64,000 nucleotides of DNA from Eledone cirrhosa (taxonomy: Eukaryota): assembly GCA_964016885.1 (NCBI GenBank), contig OZ024742.1:255626001-255690000 (forward strand). Direction: 5' to 3'. The notes beneath the pieces were generated by a model. That model ran no database searches and was not told where the DNA came from. It saw only the letters and a program-made list of their open reading frames with translations. Below are positions 37,355 to 53,081 of this stretch, piece after piece (position 1 is the first letter of the stretch; each line of letters opens with the position of its first letter). The position numbers were made by a program, and so were the translations under genes.

Positions 37355-40300
37355 AATGATTTCTTTATTGGCCACAAGGGCTGGCATCAAGAAAAACATT
37401 ACAGACGGCACAGGACGGTACATGACGGTACGATGTGGGTTTTGTGCGTGTAAAGATTTTTATTAATTATATAAGAAAAGAAAAACAAAAATAGAAACAT
37501 ATATATATATAAACAATAAAAATGAAAATTGAAACAATGAAAGATTCCCCAATAGGGGCGAAACCTCCGAGGGTTACGCGTGGCGAAAACCTCACAAAAG
37601 ATTACGGCCACCCTGACCACCAGGGCAAGTGCCCTCTCTCAATTTGTCCCTCTCTCAAACTACAGACGTATATTCAGAGTGGTGCCGGACCATTCTCGCT
37701 ACATTCACCCACCTTTCAACAAACTTGCTAGAAGGCAGCACTTGCCTCTCAACCTTGATTTTCCTCTTCAAGTGAAACTTGAAAAAGGTTAATTAGGGAT
37801 TCGCCGAAGAGGAAAGTGTCTGTCTTTAACCCTTTTAACCTTGTCCACCACAGAATCTCTTTCGCCATGGCCACCAGGCAGATGAAAACCGCCTGCCCTT
37901 CCTCCTCGAAGGAAGACGGCGAGACCATCTGCACAATGGACTCAGTCAACAACCGGATCAGTCCCACACGCGACAGCAACTGTTCGACATAGCTCCACAA
38001 GTCAGCAATGCTCGGGCACTGAACGAGTGCGTGCACGACGGTTTCGTCGCTCTGCGCGCAGCTCGGACAGGCTCGACTGACGGCACTTCCGTGCCTGTAG
38101 AGCTTATCTCGAACCGGCAACGCTCCCCGGTAGCACTGCCAGGCCAGGGATTTTTGGAAGTTATCCATAGGCCCTGGGCTGAAAGTTCTCCGGAAGAGAG
38201 CAAACAGCTGATCTTCTTCGACGCCCAGGATCTCTCCGAGAATGTCGTCGCTCTTCCCCTCCAATAGCCCTCTATAGAACACCGAGGTGGATGTTCCACC
38301 AATACTGGTGCCCAGCTGGGAGAGGGCAGTGAGTGCCTGGAGACATTCGAGTTTCCAAGCGCTACTCCCGAACAGTTCAGCAAAGTGCTGCTGAAAAGCT
38401 TCACACATCCGCTCGGGTTCGAGCATCACGCACCAGTTTTGGTCAGACAAAGACCGAATTGTGGCTTTGTTGCCATGTCGCGCCTTCTCCACCCGGGCCC
38501 ATTGGACGGCTTTTGTCCCCTCGTATTTCAGAGCACGCGCTTAGCTCTGACAACGCAGCCTTCGTGTTTTGCGTTGAAGAATTGGTCGAGTGCCAATCTC
38601 GCCGCAAGCACGTCGGTTGCGATGCCTGTCCTAAACGCCTCTTCTAGCTTTCTGACTAGCTCTCCCTCTACTCTATTTTCCTCTATCACTACTCTTTTGC
38701 TAAACCTAATCGACTTTACTTTAATTGCCCTTTTCAGGGCGAACCACCACCTGTTGTTGACGATCGCTCCCTTCAACGCCCGCTTAACTAATACGCTAAT
38801 CCTGTCTCTGTAGGCTTTGCGCGCCGGGAAAGACGCGTTTAGCTTCCAGTAACCAGGCCCTTGTCTATGAAGTCTGTCTATGTCGATCTCACAGATCACA
38901 AATTTGCGGTCTGTGTAGTCGACTATTTTAAATTGTGGACAACTTATACTAGCCTTTACTAGTTCTCTGCAGAATACCATATCGAGATACGATCTGGATG
39001 ACCCGATGCGGTTTGTCCATCTCCACATCGGCACATTCGGGTGATCCAGTCGATATCTGTCAGACAATTCAAAACGTCTGAGCAGGTTGGTGAGGCTCTT
39101 GCACCCTCCTCCCCTATCCACTAGCCCCACACGATCCCAGCGTGCATCCAAGATACCGTCCCAGTCACCCACTAACACTAAAGAGCGGGACGTTCCAAGA
39201 AAGGTCTCTAGACGTCTGAAGAAATCTGGCCGTCCTGCCCCGGTTGGGGCGTAGACGGCTACTAGCCTGAAAGCATTGCTTTCGCTGCCGGTCAAGTCCA
39301 GGACCACCTACTTACCTTCTGGGTCTAGGAAGATGGCCCGTATCGCGAGATCCAGGCCTCTCCAAAAAAAGGACGGCAACCCCTCCCCCCGATCCTGGAC
39401 GGCTGGGAGATGCGTATACATCGTAGCCGCCGAAGATCAGTGCGAAGGCTTGTTCTTCGGAGATTCTGGTTTCACTTATGGCCACCACAACTATGTTTAG
39501 TGACCTGAAGTCGTTGAGCAGGTGACCATGCTTCCATGATGCTGGTGGTGGTGCGGTTGTTGTTGTCAGTGGTGTTTGTGGTGGTGATGGTGGTGGTGTT
39601 GCTGCAAGTTTCCTTGCTGCCTTTACCCCTCTTTGTATGTCTTCGCTTTTGGAGGGTGAATCTAAGGTGTTTCTTTTTTTCGTTTTTTTGTGGCAGACCG
39701 TTTGCCACTTCACTCCCGCCTCAAACTCAATGTCGGATTCTCTGGCGTCTGGGAGGGGTATGTGCTCCACGGCTGTTGGTGGTGGTAGTGGAGCCCTCTT
39801 CGGCAATTTTACTTCAAATGTAGCTATTGATGTTGCCGCCACAGATGATGCTGCTTTAGTTATCCGTGGCCTTGGTACGGGTGCCACGGACGTTGCCCTG
39901 CTACTCACAGTGGAAGGGGCTTCTGCGTTTGTTGCCTGCCCTGCTCTTGGTAGCAGCGGACCAGGTATTGGAAGGAGAGGGACCTTCTTCGCTGTCTTCT
40001 GCGAGCAAAAGGCCCTGATATGACCTTTCGACCCACAGAGATAACATTTTGGCCGTTTTTCTTCTACACTTATAGGGAGCTTGAGTCCTTCCTCGATGTC
40101 TATAATATCGGGGATAGCGTCGATACATTCCTGGTCAGTTTGTATAAGCATTTGCATGCCTATACCTGACCAGTTCTCTCTCTATATTTTTTCTACTTGC
40201 AGCATGGTCGTCCTGTTCTCGATTCCAGCAAGGACAGACGTGTCCAGCCAAGGTATGGGCACGTCGGGTGGGACCTGGGTCACTTTGACCCTCACAATTT

Positions 40301-41050
40301 TCTACCCGTAGTAGGAGGGCACCAAGACTATCTCCTCACTATTTAGCGTTTCCAAAGAGTGAGACTTTGCTTCCTGGGGTGTGGCGAAAAGTACGTCTAC
40401 TGTGGCGTACTTTCTGCCTCGGGTTATGTGGGTTTTGCGTGCCCAGACGCACCCCAAGGCCTTTTGGATTCGAGCCTCCGTGGCTCTCTCCACTCGATGT
40501 GAGATTTTGCTTACGGTGCGGTAAGTCACCGTCCGTAGCTGCTGGTCCTTGAAATAATCGGGCGACACCTGCAAAAGAAGTGGTCTCTTTTTCAGCAGCA
40601 CCGCTATTGCCCGCCGCTACTGGTCTTACTGGTGATGCTGACATCGCCATTACAGGTATCGGTGTCATTGTTGTTGTTTTCGTTGGTACAGTTGTTGGTG
40701 TTGTTGTTGTTTTCGTTGATACTGTTGCTGTTGTTACTGTTATTGTGGCTGTTGTTATTATTGTTGTTTTTGTTGATACTGTTCCTACTATTATTGCTGT
40801 TGTGGCTGTTGTTATTGTCATTGTTATTGTCTTTCTCGACCTTACCGCTGTTATTTTTGTTATTGTCGTTCTCGACTTTACCGCTGTTATTTTTGTTGTT
40901 GCTGTTGTTATTGATGGTGTTGTTGTTGGTGTTGTTTTTGGTGTTGTTTGGGTTAAAAATATTTGTTAATTTTAAATCTGTAACAATCTTCTTTTCCTTT
41001 GTAATATTTTCGTTTATATTTACCTCCGCTGGTATGCTGTCTTGTTGACA
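37355..41050 (-). mobile_element. Tx1-like retrotransposon C with ORF1 (Thr-rich, CCHC knuckle), APE endonuclease, RT deleted
   Basis: ORF1 CYLCGSKGHIRAFC; APE AISET, VAVYAP, LVGDWD, SYLD, YTDRK, GYWKLN; jumps at ~38365 directly to the C-terminal CPSC..ETVVHALVQC region. Confidence 0.88.
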
Positions 41051-41059
41051 TGCTATAAT

Positions 41060-42046
41060 ATCAGCATAGAGGATTGTGTTCAGATGGAGAAAAACAATCT
41101 ACACAAATACGTGACTGATAGTAAGGAGCCAATGCTCAGAATTGTACTGAAGTAGAGGACAATAGACGAGGGTATGTCCAAGTAGGAATAACAAGGAGAA
41201 AGAGCAACCTTCATGAAAAATCCTTTCATAGTGCCTTCTTTGAAAAACTGAATTTAGAGATCCACAGAGACATGGAACTGGTTGAAAAGAGGAGACCTTA
41301 AAATGGCTACAGAAGGAATGCTAATGGCTGGGCAAGAGCAGGCCCTCAAAACGAAGTGGCTGAAACACCATATTTACAAGGAGGAGGCTAGCCCACTGTA
41401 GGATCTGTGGAGAGAGAGAGGAGACTGTGGCTCACATTGTATTCGAGTGTAAACACCTAGCCCAGACTCACTATAAAGGCTGGAGACATGATGTGATGGG
41501 CAGGGCGATCCACTGGCACCTATGCAAAGTAAACAATTTACCACATTCTGAGAAGTGGTAAGAGCATAAGCCAGAGTCGGTGATAGAAAACGATCAGGTG
41601 AAGGTGCTGTTGGATTTTAGGATACAGGCGGATAAGAAACTGGAACACAAAAGACCTGACCTGGTGGTTTTGGACAAGGGAAAAAGATCGTGCCTGATTG
41701 TGAATGTAGCCTGCCCATTCAACACAAGAGTGCAAGAGAAGGAGATGAAGAAATTTAACCGATAGCAGGACTTAAAGTGGGAGTTAAAAAGGATTTGGAA
41801 CTGCCATGAAGTCAAAGTGGTCCCGATTGTCATAGGCGCACTGGGTACTATCTCCAAGAGTTTCCAAGGATGGATAAAGAAAACTGGTCCCGCCCCGCTT
41901 TTTGGAACACTTCAAAAGGCATGCTTGCTGGGAACAGCAAGAACTCTCAAATACGTCCTGAATATTTGAGGCTGCCGGTAGTGGCTTGATATTCATTTCC
42001 ACAAACTTTCCAGTCAAATAACATCAATAACTGAGACTCAAAAGAC
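41060..42046 (+). mobile_element. 5'-truncated, decayed copy of the first R4/Dong family
   Basis: Aligns with 24357-25345; multiple stops and indels; (AAT)n tail. Confidence 0.9.
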
Positions 42047-42081
42047 AATAATAATAATAATAAAAATTATTATTATTATTA

Positions 42082-42256
42082 TTCCTACTTTTGGCACAAG
42101 GCCAGCAATTATCCCAATACATTACTGGTACTTTATTTTATCGACCCCGTAAGGATGAAAGGCAAAGTTAACCGCGACGGGATTTGAACTCAGACCATAA
42201 AGGGCCGTAACTCTTTGCTGCAAAGCATGGCGTCCGACTCTCTACCGATACTGCCA
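42082..42256 (-). mobile_element. tRNA-derived SINE
   Basis: A-box, B-box, central domain and tail as at 16283; flanked by TAA/TTA repeats. Confidence 0.88.
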
Positions 42257-42265
42257 TAATAATAA

Positions 42266-42794
42266 TGTTTTCTATATTGGCCACAAGGGCTAACATGAAT
42301 AAAAACATTACAGATGGCACAGAACGGTACAGGACGATTCAAAGTGGGTTTTGGCAGCGTAAAAAAGGTTATAACAAGGTAGAAATATAAAAAAAATTTC
42401 AAACAACAACAAATTCCCCAACAGGGGGCAACTTCCGAGGGTCACTCGTGGCGAAAACCACACGAAAGACCACGGCCACGCTGACCACCAGGGCAAGCGA
42501 CCTCTCTCAGTTTTCCCATTCCTCAGTCTACAGGCGCATATTCAGAGCGGCCCCGTTCACTCGGACCAGACTCGCTACATTCACCCACCTTTTAACAAAC
42601 TTGCTTGAATACAGCACTTGCCTCTTCATCCTGATTTTCCTCTTCAAGTGAAACTTGAAAAAGTTAATCAGGCATTCGCCGAAGAGGATAATGCCTATCT
42701 TTAACCCTTTCATCCTTGTCTACCACACAATTTCTTTCACCATGGCCACCGCCTGCCCTTCCTCCTCGAAGGACGCGACCATCTGCACAATGGA

Positions 42795-42798
<4 letters not shown>
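42266..42798 (-). mobile_element. Tx1-like retrotransposon D, 3' fragment
   Basis: LINFFKFHLKRKIR..FVKRWVNVA C-terminus and a 3' UTR homologous to copies A-C. Confidence 0.85.
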
Positions 42799-44948
<2,150 letters not shown>

Positions 44949-45754
44949 ATATTTGTTTCAACACACGATTTCATATCACAAACCTTACAAAATTTATTTA
45001 TATGTATATATATATTCCTCGAAAATGTATGAAACTGAGATGCAGAAAATATCGGCACATACAGTTGGTTGCAACAAATAGCTTACAAAATCTGGTAAGA
45101 ACCCCTTATAGACGGGAAAAGGGTGAATTGCGCTAGCTACGAAGAATCGAAACTATCAACTCATAATATTCTAATATTATAAAATTAAATCAAATTATTA
45201 GAACTACAAGTGAAGTTATTCGTTTCCCTTTTTAGTAAGTTCTCTGTTTACTTCGGTGGGAAGAATTTTAAAGATTCCTGGTTAACCTTCTTGGAGAACT
45301 TTCTCGCATTCGTCGGTGGCGATTGTGAAACTCAGATCATGTTGTGTTGTAATGTGTGACTCTATATATAAGAAAGATTTGGATGTGTCTGAGCGTGGGG
45401 TGAGGTGTTAATAAGTGTGGGAGTCAAGGAGTGTTGATGAAGATTTAAAGGAATTAAAGCTTACATACACACACGCAGACACACACTCACATACATATAC
45501 ATACAGACAATGGTGAAGGTTGACAGCAAGATAATAGGATGGGAGTGCTGTTGGGACACTTTAAAGAGTGTTTACGAGATGGCTGTAAAAGTCTTATCCT
45601 GCTGGTTCCATTTCAATAAATGACTTTTGAGGAATATAATGACAGGATGTTATGGGGTACATGCTAGCTCACGTATTCACAACTCATCCCTCAGACTGAA
45701 TGCTCTGTCAACCTTTGAATATATTTTTTTACAAAATTCACAGCACTATATAAA

Positions 45755-45865
<111 letters not shown>

Positions 45866-45956
45866 TATTTACGTATCGAGAGAGAGAAAAACGTACGTAA
45901 ATAAATTTGTTTTAACGGTCTATTCTCCGACTTCTTACTTTCCAACGTATATATAA

Positions 45957-46058
<102 letters not shown>

Positions 46059-46210
46059 ATAATACTATTTATGGTTATGTATATAGTATAAACAACTATA
46101 AACAGGAAGGTCAGTCATTTCTTAATTACCTTATTACCAGTAAGAGAAATAGCTCAATGTATGAACATCGGTCGTTTTACAGAGCAGTTAAATAATTATT
46201 TATTTATTTA

Positions 46211-46251
<41 letters not shown>

Positions 46252-46261
46252 GGAATAGAAT

Positions 46262-46425
46262 GAAACGAAATTTCATTTCTCTCTCTTAGTACGGCAGTTA
46301 CTTAAATGTAAGCGTGCATGTATGGTACCTACATACATATATGTATACAGACGTACAGTAGTATGTATATATATACATACATGCACACATATATATAAGC
46401 ACGTTTCGGTTTACCGAACATTTAC
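46262..46425 (-). repeat. Fragment of the ~420-bp hammerhead-bearing repeat family
   Basis: gaaacgaaatttcatttctc..cagacgtacagtag matches 55586-55682 and the reverse complement of ~58240-58397. Confidence 0.75.
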
Positions 46426-47010
46426 TACAATGGTGGAGTTATCTGAAATTGCGATAACTCCACCATAAAACCTGCGGCTCAGTAGTTACCGATGATGTTG
46501 ATCTTTTCTTCTTTTCGGATTATAGCTACTGTCGCTCAGATAGTGGGATTGGTTGAGTGCACAGTCTTTACGCACAGGCATTGCACAATAGCATTAATTG
46601 ATAATTAACGATATCGAGGGACAACCATCATGCATGTATGTGTGTATGTATGTGTATATGAGTGTGTGTGTGTGTGTGTTAAGCTAAGTCATCATTAATA
46701 CATTTACAACTGCATGGAAATTATGTATACATTCAACAAAAGTATATTCACCATAAAACATAAAACCATCAAAATATATCAAATAATTATATATTACTAT
46801 ATTGAATTATGTAATATTTTAATAATACTCTTTGACCTCGTGAGAATTACATAGTTTAATTAGAAACAACTATGAAATATTAATGATCAACATGATATCT
46901 ATGTTTTATTTATAAGTTGCACACACACACATACACACACGAGACACAACAAAGAAAATATATCAAATAAATTTGACAAATGACTCCCTAGACTCCCCCC
47001 TCTCTCTCTT

Positions 47011-47093
<83 letters not shown>

Positions 47094-47970
47094 TACATAT
47101 GCACTTGCTCTCCTTTTGCATAAAGACTTTTTACAGCTTGCGATTAAATATAAATTTGGTGTAGTTGCTACCATCACCACCTCTATCACAACTACCACCA
47201 CTTTCCTTCATTCTCTATCAAACACGCACATATATCAACTCTTTTTCACAACGTGTTTATATACTAAACATTAATATTTATTTAGGAAATGTATGTTCTT
47301 CTACAATGATTTTTATTTTATGTAATAATAAAAGTTGTTATAATCCAATTATAAGCAAGGTGTTACCAAATGAATGTAAAACTAATGTAGATGGAAAATT
47401 TAGAATATTTGAAAGTTCTTTGTTATTTATAGATCTTTTTTAATGTCAAAGATGCACATTTATAAATGACAGTGCTTTGCTAGATTTAGATATGATTGTA
47501 AGTTTAATAATTATCAATTCTCACTCATTTCATTCGGGAGTTATTGTGGGAATTATTGTAATATAAATGTAATTACGTAATATATGTTTAGCTGAGATCC
47601 TGAACATGCACGTAAACATATATATATATATATATATGCCCAATGAAAATAAAATTATTTATCAAAGCGTCAATTCTATAAATAGATTTGGAACGCAATT
47701 CTCAGAAGAATAGATGTAACCATTGAAATTGAATCAGTTTTATTCACATATCGACCATCTTTCGATATTTATATACCTCTCCACACATTTTCCTACATTA
47801 AGAAGTTCACTTTCAAATCACAAGTTCATGGAATCTAACCCTGTATTTTATAAGTTTCTCATACATCTGTTCTTGTATATCATTTGTTCAAATATATATA
47901 ATCCTTGTGTAATTATATGAGAGAAGACAAGTATTAAAACATGTTTATCTTTAATCACTTCTACGTGTCT

Positions 47971-48960
47971 CTAAACTACATAATCAATAGGGTTTCTTTT
48001 ATGCAAGCTATTAGAATACACATTGTCCAATTTGTATGATTTTCCTAACCCTTTGAACGTGGCTATCAGGTTTTTCCTAAATCGGTGAAGGTTTTGACCA
48101 CTTTTATGGCTCAATAGGATCACACCATCATCGTAGTATAAACCTGTGTGGGAGTCCGGAAATTTGCTTCGCAACGTATCTAATGTATATAACCCAAGGA
48201 AATCGCATACATAAGCACTATTGTATGATCCCACATATTGACATCGAATAGTCCTGAGGTATTTGATCTTCTGACGAGGCTCTACCATTACTGAAGAAGA
48301 GGGTTTCTCTGCACTGGGTAATGATCTGTCTGTCCAAATCAAAGACAGGGTTGTATGTAATGGCAAACTCCAACTGGGTCCGAGCTGATCTATCACACGC
48401 CCTCGTTCTTCAAACGTTATGCCCCTACAATTGTCTACTCGAGTTGTCTCCTTGTTTTCAGTCTATTAATAGTGGCTACTATATAATTAAATGATTTATT
48501 ACTTGTTGAAACTTCACATTTATACACTAGATTACTTCTAAGGGGACATGTGTCAGGGATCATACACTTACAATTAATTAGCGCAGTTTTAACTCTATTC
48601 TGACGTTCCTTATTAACTACACTATAGTTACTAGTATTACTGTTCTCGTTATCCATTACTTCAGACTGGGTTTGTATGGGATGTTTTGTTCTATTTCATA
48701 CAAGTTCATTATTATTATTATTATTATTCGTAACTAAATATTCCGCAAAATTAAGTGTGGGGGAGAAATTTAATTTAATATTATTTTGGTTTATTATAAT
48801 ACAGTATTGATGTCGTAGGGGAAAATTATTTTCTAAAATACTAAACAATATTTTCGGTATACGCGATGTTATATGAACTCGTATGGAGGATAAACCAGAT
48901 ACATTTATCTTTCTATTCCTTTTTGTATTATTGAATTGATTTCTTGAATATTTAATTGTC
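47971..48960 (-). mobile_element. Rearranged, decayed Naiad-like PLE fragments
   Basis: VGSYNSAYVCDFLGLY..GLYYDDG (RT) and CKC..TCPL..LVYKCEV (GIY-YIG start), in non-collinear order. Confidence 0.65.
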
Positions 48961-49840
48961 GAGTGATGTTCTAGGCGGGATGCATCACTAATATTCTTAT
49001 GAAAATTATATTTTCGATTAATATTCCCATTTCAGCTATTTTTTATAATTTTTTTAATTTTTATTGGTATTAATTTCATTCTTTTTGTTCATATTATCAT
49101 AGGTTTAGATATATAATTATGTGTACGAAACTTCTTATTATCTTATGTAGATGTCGAGTTGAACCATATTTTATCGCTATAGCCTGATCAAGCAGGAGCT
49201 TCATTATAATATATAACATTCTCAGTGAAAATATCTTTATTGGCCGAAAGTCTCGAGATTCTTTCTACCTAGTATATTATTAATGAGAGCTTTACTAATA
49301 GATTTAGGGTAATTTGATATAAATCGTCGTAACCTCAAGGAATTGTATCTTCTTTCAGACTTACATATTATAGTCAATAGAAACTTAAAATAGTTTTTTA
49401 TAAAATACTATATACTTAAAATCAAATTTGATTGTAACTTTAGGGAATAAATGGTATTAAATTGATAAGCCCTAATTTGACTAGGAGAATATTTAATACG
49501 AATATTAAATATTCTCCAAGATAATTTATACATACTAGATAATTTATGCAAAAACAAATATTCTTACATATCTAGCCTTCCTTAATTTGTAACGTTTTCC
49601 TAAAATATAAAACTTGTTTACGTTTTTGCAATCTTCGTGTCTGGATACATCAGAACAGGTGGTTTGTAAATAAATATCATTTTTCTATTATCTAGTGATT
49701 CTGACGATTTCTATACGGTGGAATTAAATGCTACCCCCTTTTGTATTTGAATGAAACATAGGCAAATCAATTAAATTATGTATTAATGTCTTGCACTTTG
49801 GTAATTATTAAATTATTATTTTTTTCTTATATATATATAT

Positions 49841-49883
<43 letters not shown>

Positions 49884-50086
49884 TATATATATACATACAT
49901 ACATATATATGCATACATATACATACATATATAAGTACAATTAATTCGACCATGTGTTGATTAATTACCGACAATCCAGTATGTAGGATACAGACCTCAA
50001 CGAAGTGTGCAGGTGGGTCTGTTTACTCCGGAATAATTTAAAAACAAGAAGCAGCTGGTTAAAATTAACTTCGTTTATTCCTATTC

Positions 50087-50145
50087 CCTCTTATATATAT
50101 TTTGGTGATAACCATTATGCAACAGCTATGACCTCATCAGACAGC
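50087..50145 (-). ncRNA. Degenerate hammerhead motif
   Basis: gctgt-CTGATGA-long stem II-AAAA (GAAA with G>A at a CpG)-tatata-TA; stem I poorly paired. Confidence 0.5.
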
Positions 50146-50260
50146 TAGAATTTGAATAGATAAACAGAAAAAATGCTGGAATAAAGTCTACTTCTGTTAT
50201 TTCCATTTTTTCCCATGCTCCGTGCTGAAGTATGATGCTGTTTTCTCAAAGCATTGGTCG

Positions 50261-50419
<159 letters not shown>

Positions 50420-50446
50420 TTATAGGTATATATATATAGGAACATT

Positions 50447-51227
50447 AGTCCGGGTAACTCAAATACCCACACGAACGCGTTTTCCTCGTTGATTAACGTA
50501 TAAGTGTACACTGTAACCGGTTGTTGTCGAGTTTTGATAATACATACTTAATTAAATTATTGAGAATTAGTAAGAAAGGAAACGACCGAAGCTGTGTCCA
50601 TTCTTTTCGATAAGCTTCGTTCAATAATTATTTCTAACTCCCAGGGGACTAATTAACCTGCATTTAAATCGTAATATGAAATTTGTTTATTCTTGTGTGA
50701 TTCATTAATTGTTTGCAACGCTCTCATTGTTTTCTCTACGAAAGCACTATAGCAGAATACTTCTGGAATGGTCATGTCTTCAATTTAAATCAATGCCAAC
50801 GTATGTTCCTCGTAAATGGTTACGCCCGACTCACCTTCTTTTTCATGTGACTTCACACGTCAATTAAAGTTGAGGATTACTTGTGCATCACTTGTGTCCA
50901 TCACATCGTGTACTAGCTCGCCATACGGAACATTCCATCACAGGAAGGCGAACTCCCGTTGAGGGTGCGTATCCTGCCCATTTACGTAATTGATACTAAC
51001 ATTACCTAATTTTTGCACATGGACCAACATCGGCGGATCGTTATCGTAGAAACTAGTGCATCAGTTCGGGTAACTCAAATTTCCTACCTACGTTTCCTAT
51101 CATCTTTCTCACTGATTAACGTATAAGTTTGGTTCGAAATTTAATAATAGGGGCTTAATTAAATCATTGAGTGAGTGATGAACCGATTGAAGCTGTACAT
51201 ATTATATTCGATAACCTTCGTTCCACA
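50447..51227. repeat. Diverged direct repeat with ~615-bp period
   Basis: cgggtaactcaaat..gattaacgtataag..gaagctgt..ttcgataa.cttcgttc at 50447-50625 and 51061-51227; bounded by (TA)n. Confidence 0.7.
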
Positions 51228-51249
51228 ATGATATATATATATATATATA

Positions 51250-51293
<44 letters not shown>

Positions 51294-51476
51294 CAGTGTT
51301 GCTGCTATAAGAGCCACCACCGTTACTACATTCTCCTCCTCTATCTCTCCATCTCCCTCTTAAACACATACACTTAACACCTGCTATATACTTGGCTGTC
51401 GAAAGGAGCACCAATAACATCAGCTTGTTACGGGAAACTCTGAGTACCTAGGAAGGTGTATGCGAATTGCCATGTA

Positions 51477-51654
51477 CCGTATCTCCCGGTGCTGAAGACA
51501 CTTCGGCCACGAAGACGCACTCTAATTTTGAGAAAGAAAAAATTTGAAAATAAAAAAATTAAAAAACAACCTTCGGCCTCTAGGCAGGATGCATGGTAGA
51601 TATTTGAAACATATTTTAGGAAATAGGTAGCGTCTTCGACGCCGGGAAATACGG
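51477..51654. mobile_element. Tc2-like (Tc1/mariner superfamily) MITE with TA TSD
   Basis: ta|ccgtatctcccggtgctgaagac ... gtcttcgacgccgggaaatacgg|ta. Confidence 0.75.
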
Positions 51655-51738
51655 TATTTCATAAAATATAATGTTTACTTCTATGTTTACAAATTGAGGG
51701 CTCTTTTTTTTAGGATTTACAATCCAACATTCAGGTGA

Positions 51739-51776
<38 letters not shown>

Positions 51777-51789
51777 ATAATAATAATAC

Positions 51790-52075
51790 TTGTTTCTGCA
51801 TTTGGCACAAGGCCAGCAATTACCCAGTGTATTACTGGTACTTTATTTTATCGACCCCGTTAGGATGAAAGGCAAAGTTAACCTCGGCGGGATTTGAACT
51901 CAGAATGGCAAGGGCCGTAACTCTACGCGGCAAAGCAAGGAGTCCGACCCTCTACCGATACTGCCAATCCATCGCCCTAATAATTATTTCTACTTTTGGC
52001 ACAAGGCCAGCAATTACCCAGTGCATTACTGTTACTTTATTTTATCGACCCCGTAAGGATGAAAGGCAAAGTTAA
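51790..52075 (-). mobile_element. Two tandem SINE copies (one full, one truncated)
   Basis: Same family as 16283. Confidence 0.85.
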
Positions 52076-52145
52076 ATGTGAAGACTAAAATTCAAAGAGG
52101 GTACGATAAGGATAAATATATATAAAATATATAAGAACCCTAGAG

Positions 52146-52181
<36 letters not shown>

Positions 52182-52271
52182 GTATTTCCGTAAGAAGGGT
52201 AAAGGAAAGGAGAGTGCTCATTGTATGCTACATAGTTATTTAATTATGTAATAAAAATCATAAGACAATTA

Positions 52272-52344
52272 TTCCATTTACCAACGGTTTCAGGAAGACA
52301 GATGAGTTCAACAGAGACGTCTGAAATACCTCATCAGAATGAAA
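52272..52344 (-). ncRNA. Type I hammerhead ribozyme with long stem II
   Basis: tttcatt-CTGATGA-gg..cc t-GAAA-ccgttgg-TA-aatggaa; 7-bp stem I. Confidence 0.7.
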
Positions 52345-52748
52345 ATTTAATATGGACGTAAGTTATGAATTTAAAAACAAAGGCTATTACAATTGAAAGC
52401 GAGGCTGATATATAATAAAATAAACATGAGAAATAAAATAAAATAACGGGAAAAATATACACACTGAAGTAGAACGTAAGGTTATGGGATAAAAAAAACA
52501 TATATATATATATATACATAAATATATATATATAGCTACCCAAACACTTACAAACACATACGTACATACACACACATATATGCATACATACACACGTACA
52601 TATACACATACATACACACATACATACACACATACACATATACATATATATATACAAATATATACATACATATATATATACATATATATATATATATAAA
52701 ATAAGGAAGTCAAACATGTAAAATTTGGCTTCGTTTATTACAAATTCT

Positions 52749-52801
52749 CTGCTATATATATTTCGGTGACAGCTATTATTGGCTGTGATCTCTTCAGGCA
52801 G
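52749..52801 (-). ncRNA. Minimal type I hammerhead ribozyme (PLE pLTR family)
   Basis: ctgc-CTGAAGA-gatcacagc caataata gctgtcacc-GAAA-tatata-TA-gcag, followed by aataaa. Confidence 0.85.
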
Positions 52802-52942
52802 TACGAATTAATATGGAAAGGACAGGTAAACATATTGTTGAAATGTGTTCCACTCTGTCAATACATGGATATGTGTCCAGCTCCTGGCTGTGTTGTTAGT
52901 CCTCCGAGGAACTGGAATCATATACACAAAATTTATACACAC

Positions 52943-52996
<54 letters not shown>

Positions 52997-53029
52997 ATGT
53001 TTGTAGGTATGTCTATGAACGTGTATATA

Positions 53030-53081
<52 letters not shown>

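Noticed and set aside
46430-46466. 14-bp perfect hairpin atggtggagttatc/gataactccaccat
   Set aside because: Isolated; no TSD or second copy in the window to support a function.
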